In this document: positions 12,573 through 21,422 of the stretch, piece by piece | Numbering within the stretch: position 1 is the stretch's first letter | Layout: every line of letters starts with the position of its first letter | Source of the DNA: Thermoanaerobaculia bacterium | GTDB taxonomy: Bacteria; Acidobacteriota; Thermoanaerobaculia; UBA5066 | Length of the DNA: 64,000 bases | Reading direction: 5' to 3' | Assembly: GCA_036504335.1 (NCBI GenBank) | Contig: DASXVJ010000029.1 | Span: 26,885-90,884, forward strand | Notes under the pieces: generated by a model | What the model was told of the DNA's origin: nothing | The model's database searches: none | Seen by the model: the letters and a program-made list of their open reading frames with translations, nothing else | Program-made: the position numbers and the translations under genes

Positions 12573-12925
12573 ACCTTCCTCCTTACACGTCAGCACGCCG
12601 AAAGAGCGGCACGAACGGAAGCGCATCAATGTGAAAACGATAAACACCCAGTGGATTCCACGTCAACTGGAATCTCTGTCGAGACACGATCTCTTTTCGG
12701 GCCCCGGAGCGCCTCGATTGCGTTAACACCGCCTCCGGTTTCCGCTTGACATCCCGGAGGACTCTGAAAGACTTCCGCTAGATTTTTCGACGAATCGGGG
12801 AGGCAACGTCCGCGCGGGCTCGACGGAGCGGCGGAGTGATATCAGCGGAACTCCCGCGCACCGTGCGGGGCTTTCCATCGGGCTAAGTTCAATCGGCCAA
12901 AGGCCGTATGACAGGGAGGAATTGG

Positions 12926-14542
12926 ATGAGCACAGCGGCACCCGCGGAATCAGGCAACCGGGTCATCACGTCCGCCGAGGAGAGGCGCGTCATCGTCGCG
13001 TCGTCGGTCGGCACGGTCTTCGAGTGGTACGACTTTTACCTCTACGCCACTCTCGCACCGTTCTTCGCGAGCCTCTTCTTCCCGAAGGGAAACGAGACGG
13101 CGGCCCTCCTCTCGGCCTTCGTCACGTACGCGGCGGGATTCCTCGTCCGTCCGTTCGGCGCCCTCATCTTCGGGCGCGTCGGCGACCTCGTCGGGAGGAA
13201 GTACACGTTCCTCGTGACGATCGCCGTCATGGGCGGCGCGACCGCGGCCGTCGGGTTCCTGCCGACGTTCGCGACCATCGGATGGTGGGCTCCCGCGATG
13301 CTCGTGCTCCTGCGCCTTCTGCAGGGCCTCGCCCTCGGCGGTGAGTACGGCGGCGCGGCGACGTACGTCGCCGAGCACGCTCCCGACCACCGGCGCGGCT
13401 ACGCGACGAGCTGGATTCAGACGACGGCGACCGTCGGGTTCTTCATGGCCCTCATCGTCATCTACGCCTGCCGGGCGTGGATCCCGGCCGCGGACTTCTC
13501 CAACTGGGGATGGCGCATCCCGTTCGTCATTTCGCTCGTGCTCCTCGCGATCTCCATCTACATCCGCCTGAAGCTCCAGGAATCGCCGATCTTCCAGCGC
13601 CTCAAGGCGCAGGGGAAGCGTTCCAAGTCGCCCATCAAGGACAGCTTCTTCAAGTACCCGAACAACAAGTACGCGGCGCTCGCCCTCTTCGGCGCCACCG
13701 CGGGCCAGGGCGTCGTCTGGTACACGGGCCAGTTCTACGCGCTTTTCTTCCTCACGATCACGCTGAAGATGGACTGGCAGACGGCCTACACCCTGATCGC
13801 GCTGTCCCTGCTCATCGGGACGGGATTCTTCATCGTGTTCGGAGCGCTCTCGGACAAGATCGGCCGGCTGAAGATCATTCTCTTCGGCTGCCTGATCGCG
13901 GCCCTCACGTACATTCCTCTGTTCAAGGCCCTCACGCACTACGGGAACCCGTCCCTCGAGAAGTACCAGGATTCGGTCCCGGTCACGATCGCGGGGACGA
14001 ACTGCCAGATGCACATCTTCGTGACGCCGTTCACGAAGTTCTCGCCGTGCGACAAGGCCCAGGACTTCATCGCGAAGCAGGGGCTGTCGTTCACGACGCT
14101 CCCGCCGCAGGGTGACGACGTCGTCATCAAGATCGGAAGCATCGAGATCAAGGGCTACGACGAGGCGAAGCTCAAGGACGCCATGAAGACGACGGGCTAT
14201 CCGAACCCGCCGTTCAAGAAGGCCGAGATGAACTTCGGGATGGTCCTCCTCATCCTCTTCATCATGGTCATCTACGTGACCATGGTGTACGGGCCGATCG
14301 CGGCCTTCCTCGTCGAGCTGTTCCCCGCGAACATCCGGTACACGTCGATGTCTCTCCCGTACCACATCGGCAACGGATGGTTCGGCGGAATGCTTCCCCT
14401 CATCGCCACGGCGTGGGTCGCCGCGTCAGGCAACATCTACCAGGGCCTCTGGTACCCGATCATCGTCTCCGTCATCACGGTCGTCATCGGCGGCCTGTTC
14501 CTGCGCGAGACGAAGGACGTCAAGATCCACGAAGAAGTCTGA
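12926..14542 (+). CDS. MFS transporter, metabolite:H+ symporter (MHS/ProP-KgtP-like) family, with ~110-aa central loop insertion
   Basis: FEWYDFYLYATLAPFFA...GRKYTFLVTIAVMGGAT...LGGEYGGAATYVAEHAP motifs of the MHS family. ATG 12926 with GGAGGAA SD. Confidence 0.75.
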   Translation: MSTAAPAESGNRVITSAEERRVIVASSVGTVFEWYDFYLYATLAPFFASLFFPKGNETAALLSAFVTYAAGFLVRPFGALIFGRVGDLVGRKYTFLVTIAVMGGATAAVGFLPTFATIGWWAPAMLVLLRLLQGLALGGEYGGAATYVAEHAPDHRRGYATSWIQTTATVGFFMALIVIYACRAWIPAADFSNWGWRIPFVISLVLLAISIYIRLKLQESPIFQRLKAQGKRSKSPIKDSFFKYPNNKYAALALFGATAGQGVVWYTGQFYALFFLTITLKMDWQTAYTLIALSLLIGTGFFIVFGALSDKIGRLKIILFGCLIAALTYIPLFKALTHYGNPSLEKYQDSVPVTIAGTNCQMHIFVTPFTKFSPCDKAQDFIAKQGLSFTTLPPQGDDVVIKIGSIEIKGYDEAKLKDAMKTTGYPNPPFKKAEMNFGMVLLILFIMVIYVTMVYGPIAAFLVELFPANIRYTSMSLPYHIGNGWFGGMLPLIATAWVAASGNIYQGLWYPIIVSVITVVIGGLFLRETKDVKIHEEV

Positions 14543-14616
14543 AGAGAGACAAAGCGAAAGAGTTTCTTAGAAAGTATTGCGGGCCGGGGGATTCTTCTCC
14601 CGGCCCTTTTTCATTG
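14531..14616 (+). terminator. Repeat-family copy F4 + rho-independent terminator (GGGCCGGGGG-ATTCTTCT-CCCGGCCC-TTTTTCATT)
   Basis: Starts at the MFS stop codon: polypurine tract, core GAGTTTCTTAGAAAGT, then GC hairpin and T-tract. Confidence 0.7.
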
Positions 14617-14657
14617 CTGCGAGTACCAGGCTGGAATGCCCCCGGTACACTCGCCGC

Positions 14658-15860
14658 GTGCCCGCTGAAAGCACGATCCGCCCGTCAGCCTTTCTAAGGA
14701 ATTTTCTTCGGTCCGAAGCTCTCTCTGGAATCCTCCTCCTCGCCGCCGCGGTCGCCGCGATCGCCCTCGCGAACTCGCCTCTCAAGGACGCGTACGCCCA
14801 CGCCACGCACCTTCCCCTCCGGTTCGGCGACGGTTCGTGGCGCGTGGACACGACGCTCCTCCATGCGACCAACGACGGGTTGATGGCCGTCTTCTTCCTC
14901 GTCGTCGGGCTCGAGATCAAGCGAGAGTTCCTGACGGGAGAGCTTGCCGGGAAGGGCGCCGCGATTCTCCCCGTGGCGGCCGCGTGCGGGGGAGCGGCCG
15001 TCCCCGCGGCGATCTACGCCGCGTTCAACGCCGGGACGCCCGCGGCGCACGGATGGGGCATCCCGATGGCGACGGACATCGCGTTCGCCGTGGGCGTCCT
15101 CGCGCTCCTCGGCCGGCACGTGGCGCCCGTGTTCAAGGTCTTCCTCACCGCCGTGGCGGTCGTCGACGACCTGATCGCGGTTCTCGTGATCGCCTTCTTC
15201 TACACGTCGGGGCTGAACCTCGGCGCGCTCGCCGTCGTGGCCGGCGCGTGCGCGGTCCTCTACGCGTTCAACCGGGCGGGCGTCCAGTCCCTCGCCCCGT
15301 ACCTCCTCGTCGGAGCCGTCCTCTGGGCCGCCATGGCGCGGTCCGGCGTCCACGCGACGATCGCGGGCGTCCTGCTCGGCATGAGCGTTCCCGCGACGGG
15401 CGCGCAGACATCGCCCCTCCGCCGGCTGGAGCACGCTCTCCACCCCTGGGTCGCGTGGGGGATCATGCCGGTCTTCGCCCTCGCGAACGCGGGCGTGACG
15501 GTGCCGGCGGGGCAGGTTGGAGCGATGCTCACGTCGCCGATCGCGCTCGGAATCGTCGTCGGGCTCTTCTTTGGAAAGCAGGTCGGGATTTTCGGGACGA
15601 CGTTCCTGCTGGCACGGCTCGGCGTCGGCACGGTTCCCGCGGACGCCCGGGGACGGCGTTCTCTCTGGGGCGTCGCGCTGCTCGGCGGGATCGGGTTCAC
15701 GATGTCGCTCTTCGTGAGCGGACTCGCGTTCCATGGAGAAGCGATGACGGACGTTTCCAAGGCCGCGATCCTCGCGGGCTCGTTGATGTCGGGTCTCGCC
15801 GGCGCGGCCGTTCTCGCGAGCGTCCCCGAGCCGGTGGCGGGAGACGCGGACGCCGGTTAG
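14658..15860 (+). CDS. nhaA: Na+/H+ antiporter NhaA
   Basis: FLRSEALSGILLLAAAVAAIALANSP N-terminus, GIPMATDIAFAVGVLALLG (the NhaA DxAF motif region) and VDDLIAV. The N-terminal TM1 codons (14676-14740) are a reverse-orientation repeat patch. Confidence 0.8.
   Translation: MPAESTIRPSAFLRNFLRSEALSGILLLAAAVAAIALANSPLKDAYAHATHLPLRFGDGSWRVDTTLLHATNDGLMAVFFLVVGLEIKREFLTGELAGKGAAILPVAAACGGAAVPAAIYAAFNAGTPAAHGWGIPMATDIAFAVGVLALLGRHVAPVFKVFLTAVAVVDDLIAVLVIAFFYTSGLNLGALAVVAGACAVLYAFNRAGVQSLAPYLLVGAVLWAAMARSGVHATIAGVLLGMSVPATGAQTSPLRRLEHALHPWVAWGIMPVFALANAGVTVPAGQVGAMLTSPIALGIVVGLFFGKQVGIFGTTFLLARLGVGTVPADARGRRSLWGVALLGGIGFTMSLFVSGLAFHGEAMTDVSKAAILAGSLMSGLAGAAVLASVPEPVAGDADAG
14676..14740 (-). repeat. 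Repeat-family copy R9, in-place patch in nhaA TM1
   Basis: revcomp GAGGAGGAGGATTCCAGAGAGAGCTTCGGACCGAAGAAAATTCCTTAGAAAGGCTGACGGGCGG. Confidence 0.55.
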
Positions 15861-15875
15861 ACTCCTCGGTCGAGG

Positions 15876-16280
15876 ATGGCCATCTTCGGGAAAAGCTCGC
15901 AAGGCCCGGCACCCGCGGGCCGCGTCGAGCCGGCGCGCGGGCCGTCCGTCATCGGGCCCCACACTCGAGTCCAGGGCGAGCTCCTCGGAGACGAGGACGT
16001 CCTGGTGGAAGGCCGCCTGGAGGGGCGCGTCCTCCTCGCGCGCGAGTTCCGCGTCGCCGCGGGCGCCGTCGTCGTCGCCGACGTGCACGCGGGCACCGTC
16101 GTGATCGCCGGTGAGGTCGTCGGCGACGTGAGCGCGACCGAGCGCGTCGAGATCCTGCCCTCCGGGTCCCTGGAAGGAAACATCCGCGCCCCCAAGGTCG
16201 CCGTCGGCGACGGGGCGCGATTCAAGGGGAGCGTCGACATGAGCGCCGGGCCCCCTCCCGGCGGCGACGCCCCCAGCTGA
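15876..16280 (+). CDS. Bactofilin family cytoskeletal protein
   Basis: Periodic beta-helix repeat [28 protein letters not shown]...[46 protein letters not shown], typical of DUF583/bactofilin. Confidence 0.65.
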   Translation: MAIFGKSSQGPAPAGRVEPARGPSVIGPHTRVQGELLGDEDVLVEGRLEGRVLLAREFRVAAGAVVVADVHAGTVVIAGEVVGDVSATERVEILPSGSLEGNIRAPKVAVGDGARFKGSVDMSAGPPPGGDAPS

Positions 16281-16299
16281 CCGAAAGGAACCTCCGCAC

Positions 16300-17826
16300 A
16301 TGGCACCGTCCGCACCCGTTCACGGCAATTGGATCGCCGGCAAGCACGTTCCCGCCCGCTCGGGCCGAACCTTCGAGAACCGCAACCCCGCAGACGTGAC
16401 CGACCTGATCGGCCGCTTCGCGGATTCCGACGAGCGCGACGTCAGGGACGCCGTCGATACGGCCGCGGAGGCCTACAGGAGCTGGCGCCTCGTCCCCGGC
16501 CCGCAGCGCGGCGAGATCCTCTATCGGCTCGGCGAGATCCTCCGCGACCGCAAGGAACAGTATTCGCGCGACATGACCCGCGAGATGGGCAAGGTCCTGA
16601 AGGAAGCCCGAGGCGACGTGCAGGAGGCCATCGACATGGCATTCCTCATGGGAGGCGAGGGCCGCCGCCTGCACGGACAGACGACGCCCTCGGAGCTCCC
16701 GAACAAGTTCGCGATGTCCGTGCGGGCCCCGATCGGCGTCTGCGCGTTCATCACGCCCTGGAACTTTCCGATGGCGATCCCGGCATGGAAGTCCACGGCG
16801 GCCCTCGTGTGCGGGAACACGGTCGTCGTGAAGCCCGCCACGGACACGCCGCTCTCCGTCGTGAACTTCGCGAAGGCGCTCGAGGACGCGGGCCTCCCGC
16901 CCGGCGTCTTCAACGTCGTGACGGGCTCGGGGTCGAAGGTCGGGAACCCGCTCCTCAAGGACCCGCGCGTGAAGGTCGTCTCGTTCACGGGCTCGACGTC
17001 CGTCGGGCGCTCGATCAACGAGGCCTGCGCGCCGTCGTTCAAGCACGTCCACCTCGAGATGGGCGGCAAGAACCCGATCATCGTGATGGACGACGCGAAC
17101 CTCGAGCTCGCCGTCGACGGGGCGATCTGGGGCGCGTTCGGGACGAGCGGGCAGCGCTGCACCGCGTCCTCGCGCCTCCTCGTGCACCGCAAAGTCGTCA
17201 GGAAGTTCACGGCGATGCTCGGCGAGCGCGCCGCCGCCCTGAGGGTCGGCAACGGGCTCGACGAGAAGAACGAGATGGGCCCGGCGATCAACGAGAGCCA
17301 GCTCGACACGGTCCTCGACTACATTTCGATCGGCAAGGACGAGGGCGCGAAGCTCGTCTCCGGCGGCAAGCGCCTCACGGGCAAGGGCCACGACAAGGGC
17401 TGGTTCGTCTCGCCCACGGTGTTCGGCGACGGCGACCGGAAGATGCGGATCGCGCGCGAGGAGATCTTCGGCGCCGTCACGGTCGTCGTGCCGATCTCGT
17501 CGCTCGAGGAGGCGATCGACATCTCCAACGAGTCGGAATACGGCCTCTCGTCGGCGATCTTCACCCAGGACATCAACAAGGCGTTCGTCGCGATGCGCGA
17601 CCTGGAGGCCGGCATCTTCTACGTGAACCTGCCGACGATCGGCGCCGAGACGCACCTGCCGTTCGGCGGGACGAAGCAGACCGGCAACGGCCACCGCGAG
17701 GCGGGACTCGCCGCACTGGACGTCTTCAGCGAGTGGAAATCGATCTACGTCGACTACTCCGGGACGATCCAGAAGGCGCAGATCGACGTGCCGGCCGGCG
17801 AGACGTCCGCGAAGAAGAAGAGATAA
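16300..17826 (+). CDS. NAD(P)-dependent aldehyde dehydrogenase
   Basis: [19 protein letters not shown] and GQRCTAS (catalytic Cys) motifs. 508 aa. Confidence 0.85.
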   Translation: MAPSAPVHGNWIAGKHVPARSGRTFENRNPADVTDLIGRFADSDERDVRDAVDTAAEAYRSWRLVPGPQRGEILYRLGEILRDRKEQYSRDMTREMGKVLKEARGDVQEAIDMAFLMGGEGRRLHGQTTPSELPNKFAMSVRAPIGVCAFITPWNFPMAIPAWKSTAALVCGNTVVVKPATDTPLSVVNFAKALEDAGLPPGVFNVVTGSGSKVGNPLLKDPRVKVVSFTGSTSVGRSINEACAPSFKHVHLEMGGKNPIIVMDDANLELAVDGAIWGAFGTSGQRCTASSRLLVHRKVVRKFTAMLGERAAALRVGNGLDEKNEMGPAINESQLDTVLDYISIGKDEGAKLVSGGKRLTGKGHDKGWFVSPTVFGDGDRKMRIAREEIFGAVTVVVPISSLEEAIDISNESEYGLSSAIFTQDINKAFVAMRDLEAGIFYVNLPTIGAETHLPFGGTKQTGNGHREAGLAALDVFSEWKSIYVDYSGTIQKAQIDVPAGETSAKKKR

Positions 17827-17898
17827 GAGAAGAAAAGACTTCTTAGAAGGTCAAGAGGGCGGCCGGTCGCGCGGAATCGCGGCCGGCCGTTTTCATTC
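17808..17898 (+). terminator. Repeat-family copy F5 + bidirectional terminator hairpin (CGGCCGGTCGCG-CGGAAT-CGCGGCCGGCCG) + TTTTCATT
   Basis: Lies between the convergent ALDH (stop 17826) and aminotransferase (stop 17893). Core GACTTCTTAGAAGGTCAAGAGGG. Confidence 0.65.
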
Positions 17899-19116
17899 GA
17901 TGCCTCGTGCCTTTCGATAGGCCGGAAGCGCCTGCGCGAGGATCGCGACCGCCTCGCGGAGATCGTCCTCCTTGAGGACGTACGCGATCCGCACCTCGTC
18001 CTTTCCGAGGCCCTCGGTCACGTAGAACCCGCTCGCCGGCGCGACCATGACGGTCTTTCCGTCCCTCTGGAAGTCCGTGAGGAGCCAGGCCGCGAAGTCG
18101 TCGCTGTCTTTGATCGGGAGGCGCGCGACGAGGTAGAAGGCGCCCTCAGGTTTCCTGAGGAAGACGCCCGGAATGCCCGACAGGCCTGCGAAGAGCGTGT
18201 CGCGACGCGTCTGGTACTCGGTGACGACGCCCTTGTAGTACTCCGGGCCGAGCGCGGCGGCCGCCGGCGCGATGTACTGCGCGAGGCCGGGCGGGGAGAG
18301 CCGCCCCTGCGCCATCCGGTTCGTGGCGGCGGCAAGCTCCTCATTGCGCGTGACGAGAGCGCCGAGGCGGATCCCGCAGGCGGAGAACCGTTTCGACAGC
18401 GAGTCGACGACCACGACCTCGTGCTCGAAGCCGGCCAGCGAGAGCGCGCTCTCGGACACGCGGCCGTCGTACAGGAACTCGCGGTAGACCTCGTCCGAGA
18501 CGAAGAAGAGGCCGTGGTCGCGGCAGAACTCCGCCACGAGGCGGATCTCCTCTTTCGTGTAGACCGTCCCGGTCGGGTTGTTCGGGTTGCAGAGGAGAAC
18601 GATCCGGGTCTTCGGCGTGAGCGCCTTTTCCCATTCGGCGCGGCCGGGAAGGTGAAAGCCGTCCTCGCCGCGCGTCACGATGGGCTTGAGCGTGAGGCCC
18701 GCCATCGCCGCGAACGAGCGGTAGTTCGTGTAGAGCGGCTCGACGGTGAGGATCTCGCCGCCGGGATCCGAGCACGCCATGAACGCGAAGAGCAGGGCCT
18801 CGCTGCCTCCGGTCGTCGCGAGGATCTGGGACGGCTCGAGCGAGACGCCCAGCCGTCCGTAGTACGTCTTCAGGAAGTCGAGGTACTCGGGCGTGCCGTT
18901 CGACGGCGAGTACGCGTAGACCTTGTCCTTCAGCTCGGCGAGGCGGCGCCGCATCGGCTCGGGCGTCTCGAGGTCCGGCTGCCCGATGTTCAGGTGCAGG
19001 ACCTTCACGCCGCGGGCCCGGGCGGCGTTCGCGAGCGGCATCAGCTTGCGGATGGGGGATGCGGGCATGGCGAGGCCGCGTGCGGAGACGTGCGCGGCCG
19101 TGCGTGTCGTGCTCAT
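17893..19116 (-). CDS. Pyridoxal-phosphate-dependent aminotransferase class I/II (AspC/AlaA-like)
   Basis: LNIGQPD, NPNNPTG and SLSKRFSACGIRLG (PLP-Lys) motifs. Confidence 0.8.
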   Translation of the reverse strand: MSTTRTAAHVSARGLAMPASPIRKLMPLANAARARGVKVLHLNIGQPDLETPEPMRRRLAELKDKVYAYSPSNGTPEYLDFLKTYYGRLGVSLEPSQILATTGGSEALLFAFMACSDPGGEILTVEPLYTNYRSFAAMAGLTLKPIVTRGEDGFHLPGRAEWEKALTPKTRIVLLCNPNNPTGTVYTKEEIRLVAEFCRDHGLFFVSDEVYREFLYDGRVSESALSLAGFEHEVVVVDSLSKRFSACGIRLGALVTRNEELAAATNRMAQGRLSPPGLAQYIAPAAAALGPEYYKGVVTEYQTRRDTLFAGLSGIPGVFLRKPEGAFYLVARLPIKDSDDFAAWLLTDFQRDGKTVMVAPASGFYVTEGLGKDEVRIAYVLKEDDLREAVAILAQALPAYRKARGIE

Positions 19117-19120
19117 GCGC

Positions 19121-20128
19121 TCAGCGTAGCAAAGAGCCTGGATCGGAGATTCCGGCAGCCGAAAGCAGGCCGACCATGTCCGGCGGGACCGGCGCCGTGA
19201 ACGTCATGGGCTCGCCCGAGACGGGGTGCCGGATCCCGAGCCGCCACGCATGCAGCGCCTGCCGCGGGAACGCCTTGCAGGCCTCTTGGAGCGCCTCGTC
19301 CTTCAGGCCCTTCCAGCGCGGCGAGCCGTAGACGGCGTCGCCCACGATCGGCAGGTTCAGCGCCTTGAGGTGGACGCGGATCTGGTGCGTGCGGCCCGTG
19401 ACGAGGCGGCATTTCAGGAGAGAGAGGCCGGAGAGGGGACCGGAAGATTCGGAGAGGATTTCATAGAAGGTTGAAGAAGCGCGGCCTTCGCTCTTCGACG
19501 TCGTCATGCGCTTTCGGTCACGTGGGTCGCGCAAGATTCCGAGATCGATCTTTCCCTTGGTGACGGCGGGTCGCCCATAGACGACCGCCAGATATTCCTT
19601 TTCCAGGAATCTCTCTTTCATGGCTTTCCCAAGGACCGACATCGCACGCTCCGTCTTCGCAATGATCAGCACCCCCGACGTGTCCTTGTCGAGACGGTGG
19701 ACGAGGCCGGGGCGGTCCGCGGGGCCCGCCCAGTCCTTCGAGCGGTGAAGGAGCGCGTTCACGAGCGTCCCCTGGCGGTGGCCGACGGCGGGATGGACGA
19801 CGAGACCGGCGGGCTTGTTCAGGACGAGGATTGCGGAGTCTTCGAAGATGATGGAGAGGGGAATGTCCTCGGCGATGAGGGACGCCCTGGGCGGGGGAGG
19901 AGGCGGGAGGACGATTTCGATGACGTCCCCCTTCTTCACTTTCTCAGACGTCTTCTTCGGTCTCCGCCCCGCGATCGAAACCCATCCTCCTTCGATCCAC
20001 TCCTGGATCTTCGTGCGCGAAGCCTCGGGCAGGTCCGTCAGATGGCGCAGAAGCACGTGGTCGAGCCGCTCGCCGACATCGCCGCGGTCCGCGCGGATGG
20101 CCCGGGCCGGCCGCGGCGCGTCGCTCAC
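19121..20128 (-). CDS. rluD: 23S rRNA pseudouridine synthase, RluD/RluA family (S4 domain + catalytic)
   Basis: S4 domain RLDHVLL...KVKKGDVIEI, catalytic HRLDKDTSGVLIIAKT and GRTHQIRVH. GTG start 20128; the track ORF to 20986 is over-extended. Contains repeat patch F6 (19442-19496). Confidence 0.8.
   Translation of the reverse strand: MSDAPRPARAIRADRGDVGERLDHVLLRHLTDLPEASRTKIQEWIEGGWVSIAGRRPKKTSEKVKKGDVIEIVLPPPPPPRASLIAEDIPLSIIFEDSAILVLNKPAGLVVHPAVGHRQGTLVNALLHRSKDWAGPADRPGLVHRLDKDTSGVLIIAKTERAMSVLGKAMKERFLEKEYLAVVYGRPAVTKGKIDLGILRDPRDRKRMTTSKSEGRASSTFYEILSESSGPLSGLSLLKCRLVTGRTHQIRVHLKALNLPIVGDAVYGSPRWKGLKDEALQEACKAFPRQALHAWRLGIRHPVSGEPMTFTAPVPPDMVGLLSAAGISDPGSLLR
19442..19496 (+). repeat. 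Repeat-family copy F6, in-place patch in rluD
   Basis: GGAAGATTCGGAGAGGATTTCATAGAAGGTTGAAGAAGCGCGG. Confidence 0.55.
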
Positions 20129-20907
20129 GCCGGCTTCGGGGCGGGCGGAATCCGGCGGCGCAGCGCGTAGATCGCGAGCCCGGCGAGGACGCCGCAGAGC
20201 GCGATGAATTGCGAGGTCGACATCACGCCCAGGACCTCGCCGCGGGGATCGCCCCGGAAGAACTCGATCGTGCCGCGCAGGAGCGCGTACCCGAAGACGT
20301 ACCGGGCGAACGTCTCGCCCGAGAACGCTCGCCGCTCGAAGCGGACGAGAAGCACGCAGAGGAGGAGCGTGCCGAGGATCTCGTAGACCTGTGTCGGGTG
20401 GAGGGGGATTCCGAGCGGGACGCCGACGTTCTCGTGGGCGACGGGGCTCGTGAACGTGACGGCCCACGGGAGGGAGCATTCCCGGCCCCAGCAGCAGCCC
20501 GCAAGGAAGCAACCGACGCGGCCGAACGCCTGCCCGAGGGCGACCGACGGCGCCGCGGCGTCCGCAAACATCCAGAACGAGATCCTCCGGCGCCGAAGCA
20601 GGATCGCGGTCGCGAGAACCGCGCCGATGAGGCCGCCGTAGAAGACGCCGCCGGCGCGCGCGAGCGACGCGAAGTCGCTCCACGAACGGACGTAGGACGG
20701 CCACTCGACGATCACGAGGAGGAGCTTCGCGCCGACGAGACCCGACAGCAGCAGCCAGACGCCGATGTCCGACGCCGTGTCGGCTTCGATGCCGAACGAC
20801 GGGGCCCGACGGCGCAGGAGCCACAGCCCGGCGACGAAGGCCACGGCCATCATGAAACCGTAGCTCGGGAGCGCGAACGAGCCGATTCGGAAGAGCTCGG
20901 GATGCAT
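20125..20907 (-). CDS. lgt: Prolipoprotein diacylglyceryl transferase
   Basis: MHPELFRIGSFALPSYG... and GRVGCFLAGCCWG, the Lgt signature. ATG 20907. Confidence 0.8.
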   Translation of the reverse strand: MHPELFRIGSFALPSYGFMMAVAFVAGLWLLRRRAPSFGIEADTASDIGVWLLLSGLVGAKLLLVIVEWPSYVRSWSDFASLARAGGVFYGGLIGAVLATAILLRRRRISFWMFADAAAPSVALGQAFGRVGCFLAGCCWGRECSLPWAVTFTSPVAHENVGVPLGIPLHPTQVYEILGTLLLCVLLVRFERRAFSGETFARYVFGYALLRGTIEFFRGDPRGEVLGVMSTSQFIALCGVLAGLAIYALRRRIPPAPKPA

Positions 20908-20912
20908 TCGGG

Positions 20913-21413
20913 TCAGGTCCTCGCGGCCTTGCGGGCCGCCTCGGGCTCGGGGCGGCGCCAGACATCCCACGCCAGCAGGACGACACCCACGGAAATGGCG
21001 CTGTCGGCGACGTTGAACGACGGCCACTCCCAGCGGCCGACGTAGAAGCGCAGGAAGTCGGTGACGGCCGAGAAGCGGACGCGGTCGATGAGGTTGCCGA
21101 CGGCTCCGCCCATGATCAGGCCGAGCGCGCCCTGGAGAAGCCGGTGCTCCGGCGGCGTCGTCAGCGACCAGGCAAGAACGCCCGCAAAGACCGCAAGGGC
21201 GAGCAGCGTGACGAGAAGCGGACGCGCCGAGCCCGCCGCCGCGAGGACGCCGAACGCGGCGCCCGTGTTCTGGAGGTGTGTGAGGTCGAAGAAGCCCCGG
21301 ATCACGGGAATCGTCTTGTAGAGCGGAATCATCGCGACGACGAGCGCCTTCGTGGCCTGGTCGAGGACGACGACGCCCAGCGCGAGAAGAAGATACGGGA
21401 GGCGCCGCGTCAC
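20913..21413 (-). CDS. lspA: Lipoprotein signal peptidase (signal peptidase II)
   Basis: NTGAAFG, GGAVGNLIDR and FNVADSAI motifs. Confidence 0.8.
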   Translation of the reverse strand: MTRRLPYLLLALGVVVLDQATKALVVAMIPLYKTIPVIRGFFDLTHLQNTGAAFGVLAAAGSARPLLVTLLALAVFAGVLAWSLTTPPEHRLLQGALGLIMGGAVGNLIDRVRFSAVTDFLRFYVGRWEWPSFNVADSAISVGVVLLAWDVWRRPEPEAARKAART

Positions 21414-21422
21414 CGGGAGATT

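Noticed and set aside
12561-12600. CCTTCCTCCTTA, an AT-rich patch that resembled a reverse repeat copy
   Set aside because: It is simply the Shine-Dalgarno (TAAGGAGGAAGG) and GTG start of the minus-strand porin gene.
12650-12900. Possible tRNA or small RNA in the 350-bp porin/MFS divergent intergenic region
   Set aside because: No cloverleaf-compatible sequence and no conserved tRNA boxes were found. The only features are a TTGACA hexamer and a GTTAAC-centred partial palindrome, so this is probably just promoter or operator DNA.
19901-19950. Motif-like purine-rich stretch CCGAAGAAGACGTCTGAGAAAGTGAAGAAGGGGGAC in rluD
   Set aside because: It encodes the conserved S4-domain segment PKKTSEKVKKGDVIEI (compare the RluD KVKKGD..I.. 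region). Natural Lys-rich coding is sufficient explanation, so it is kept out of the repeat list, although the resemblance is noted.
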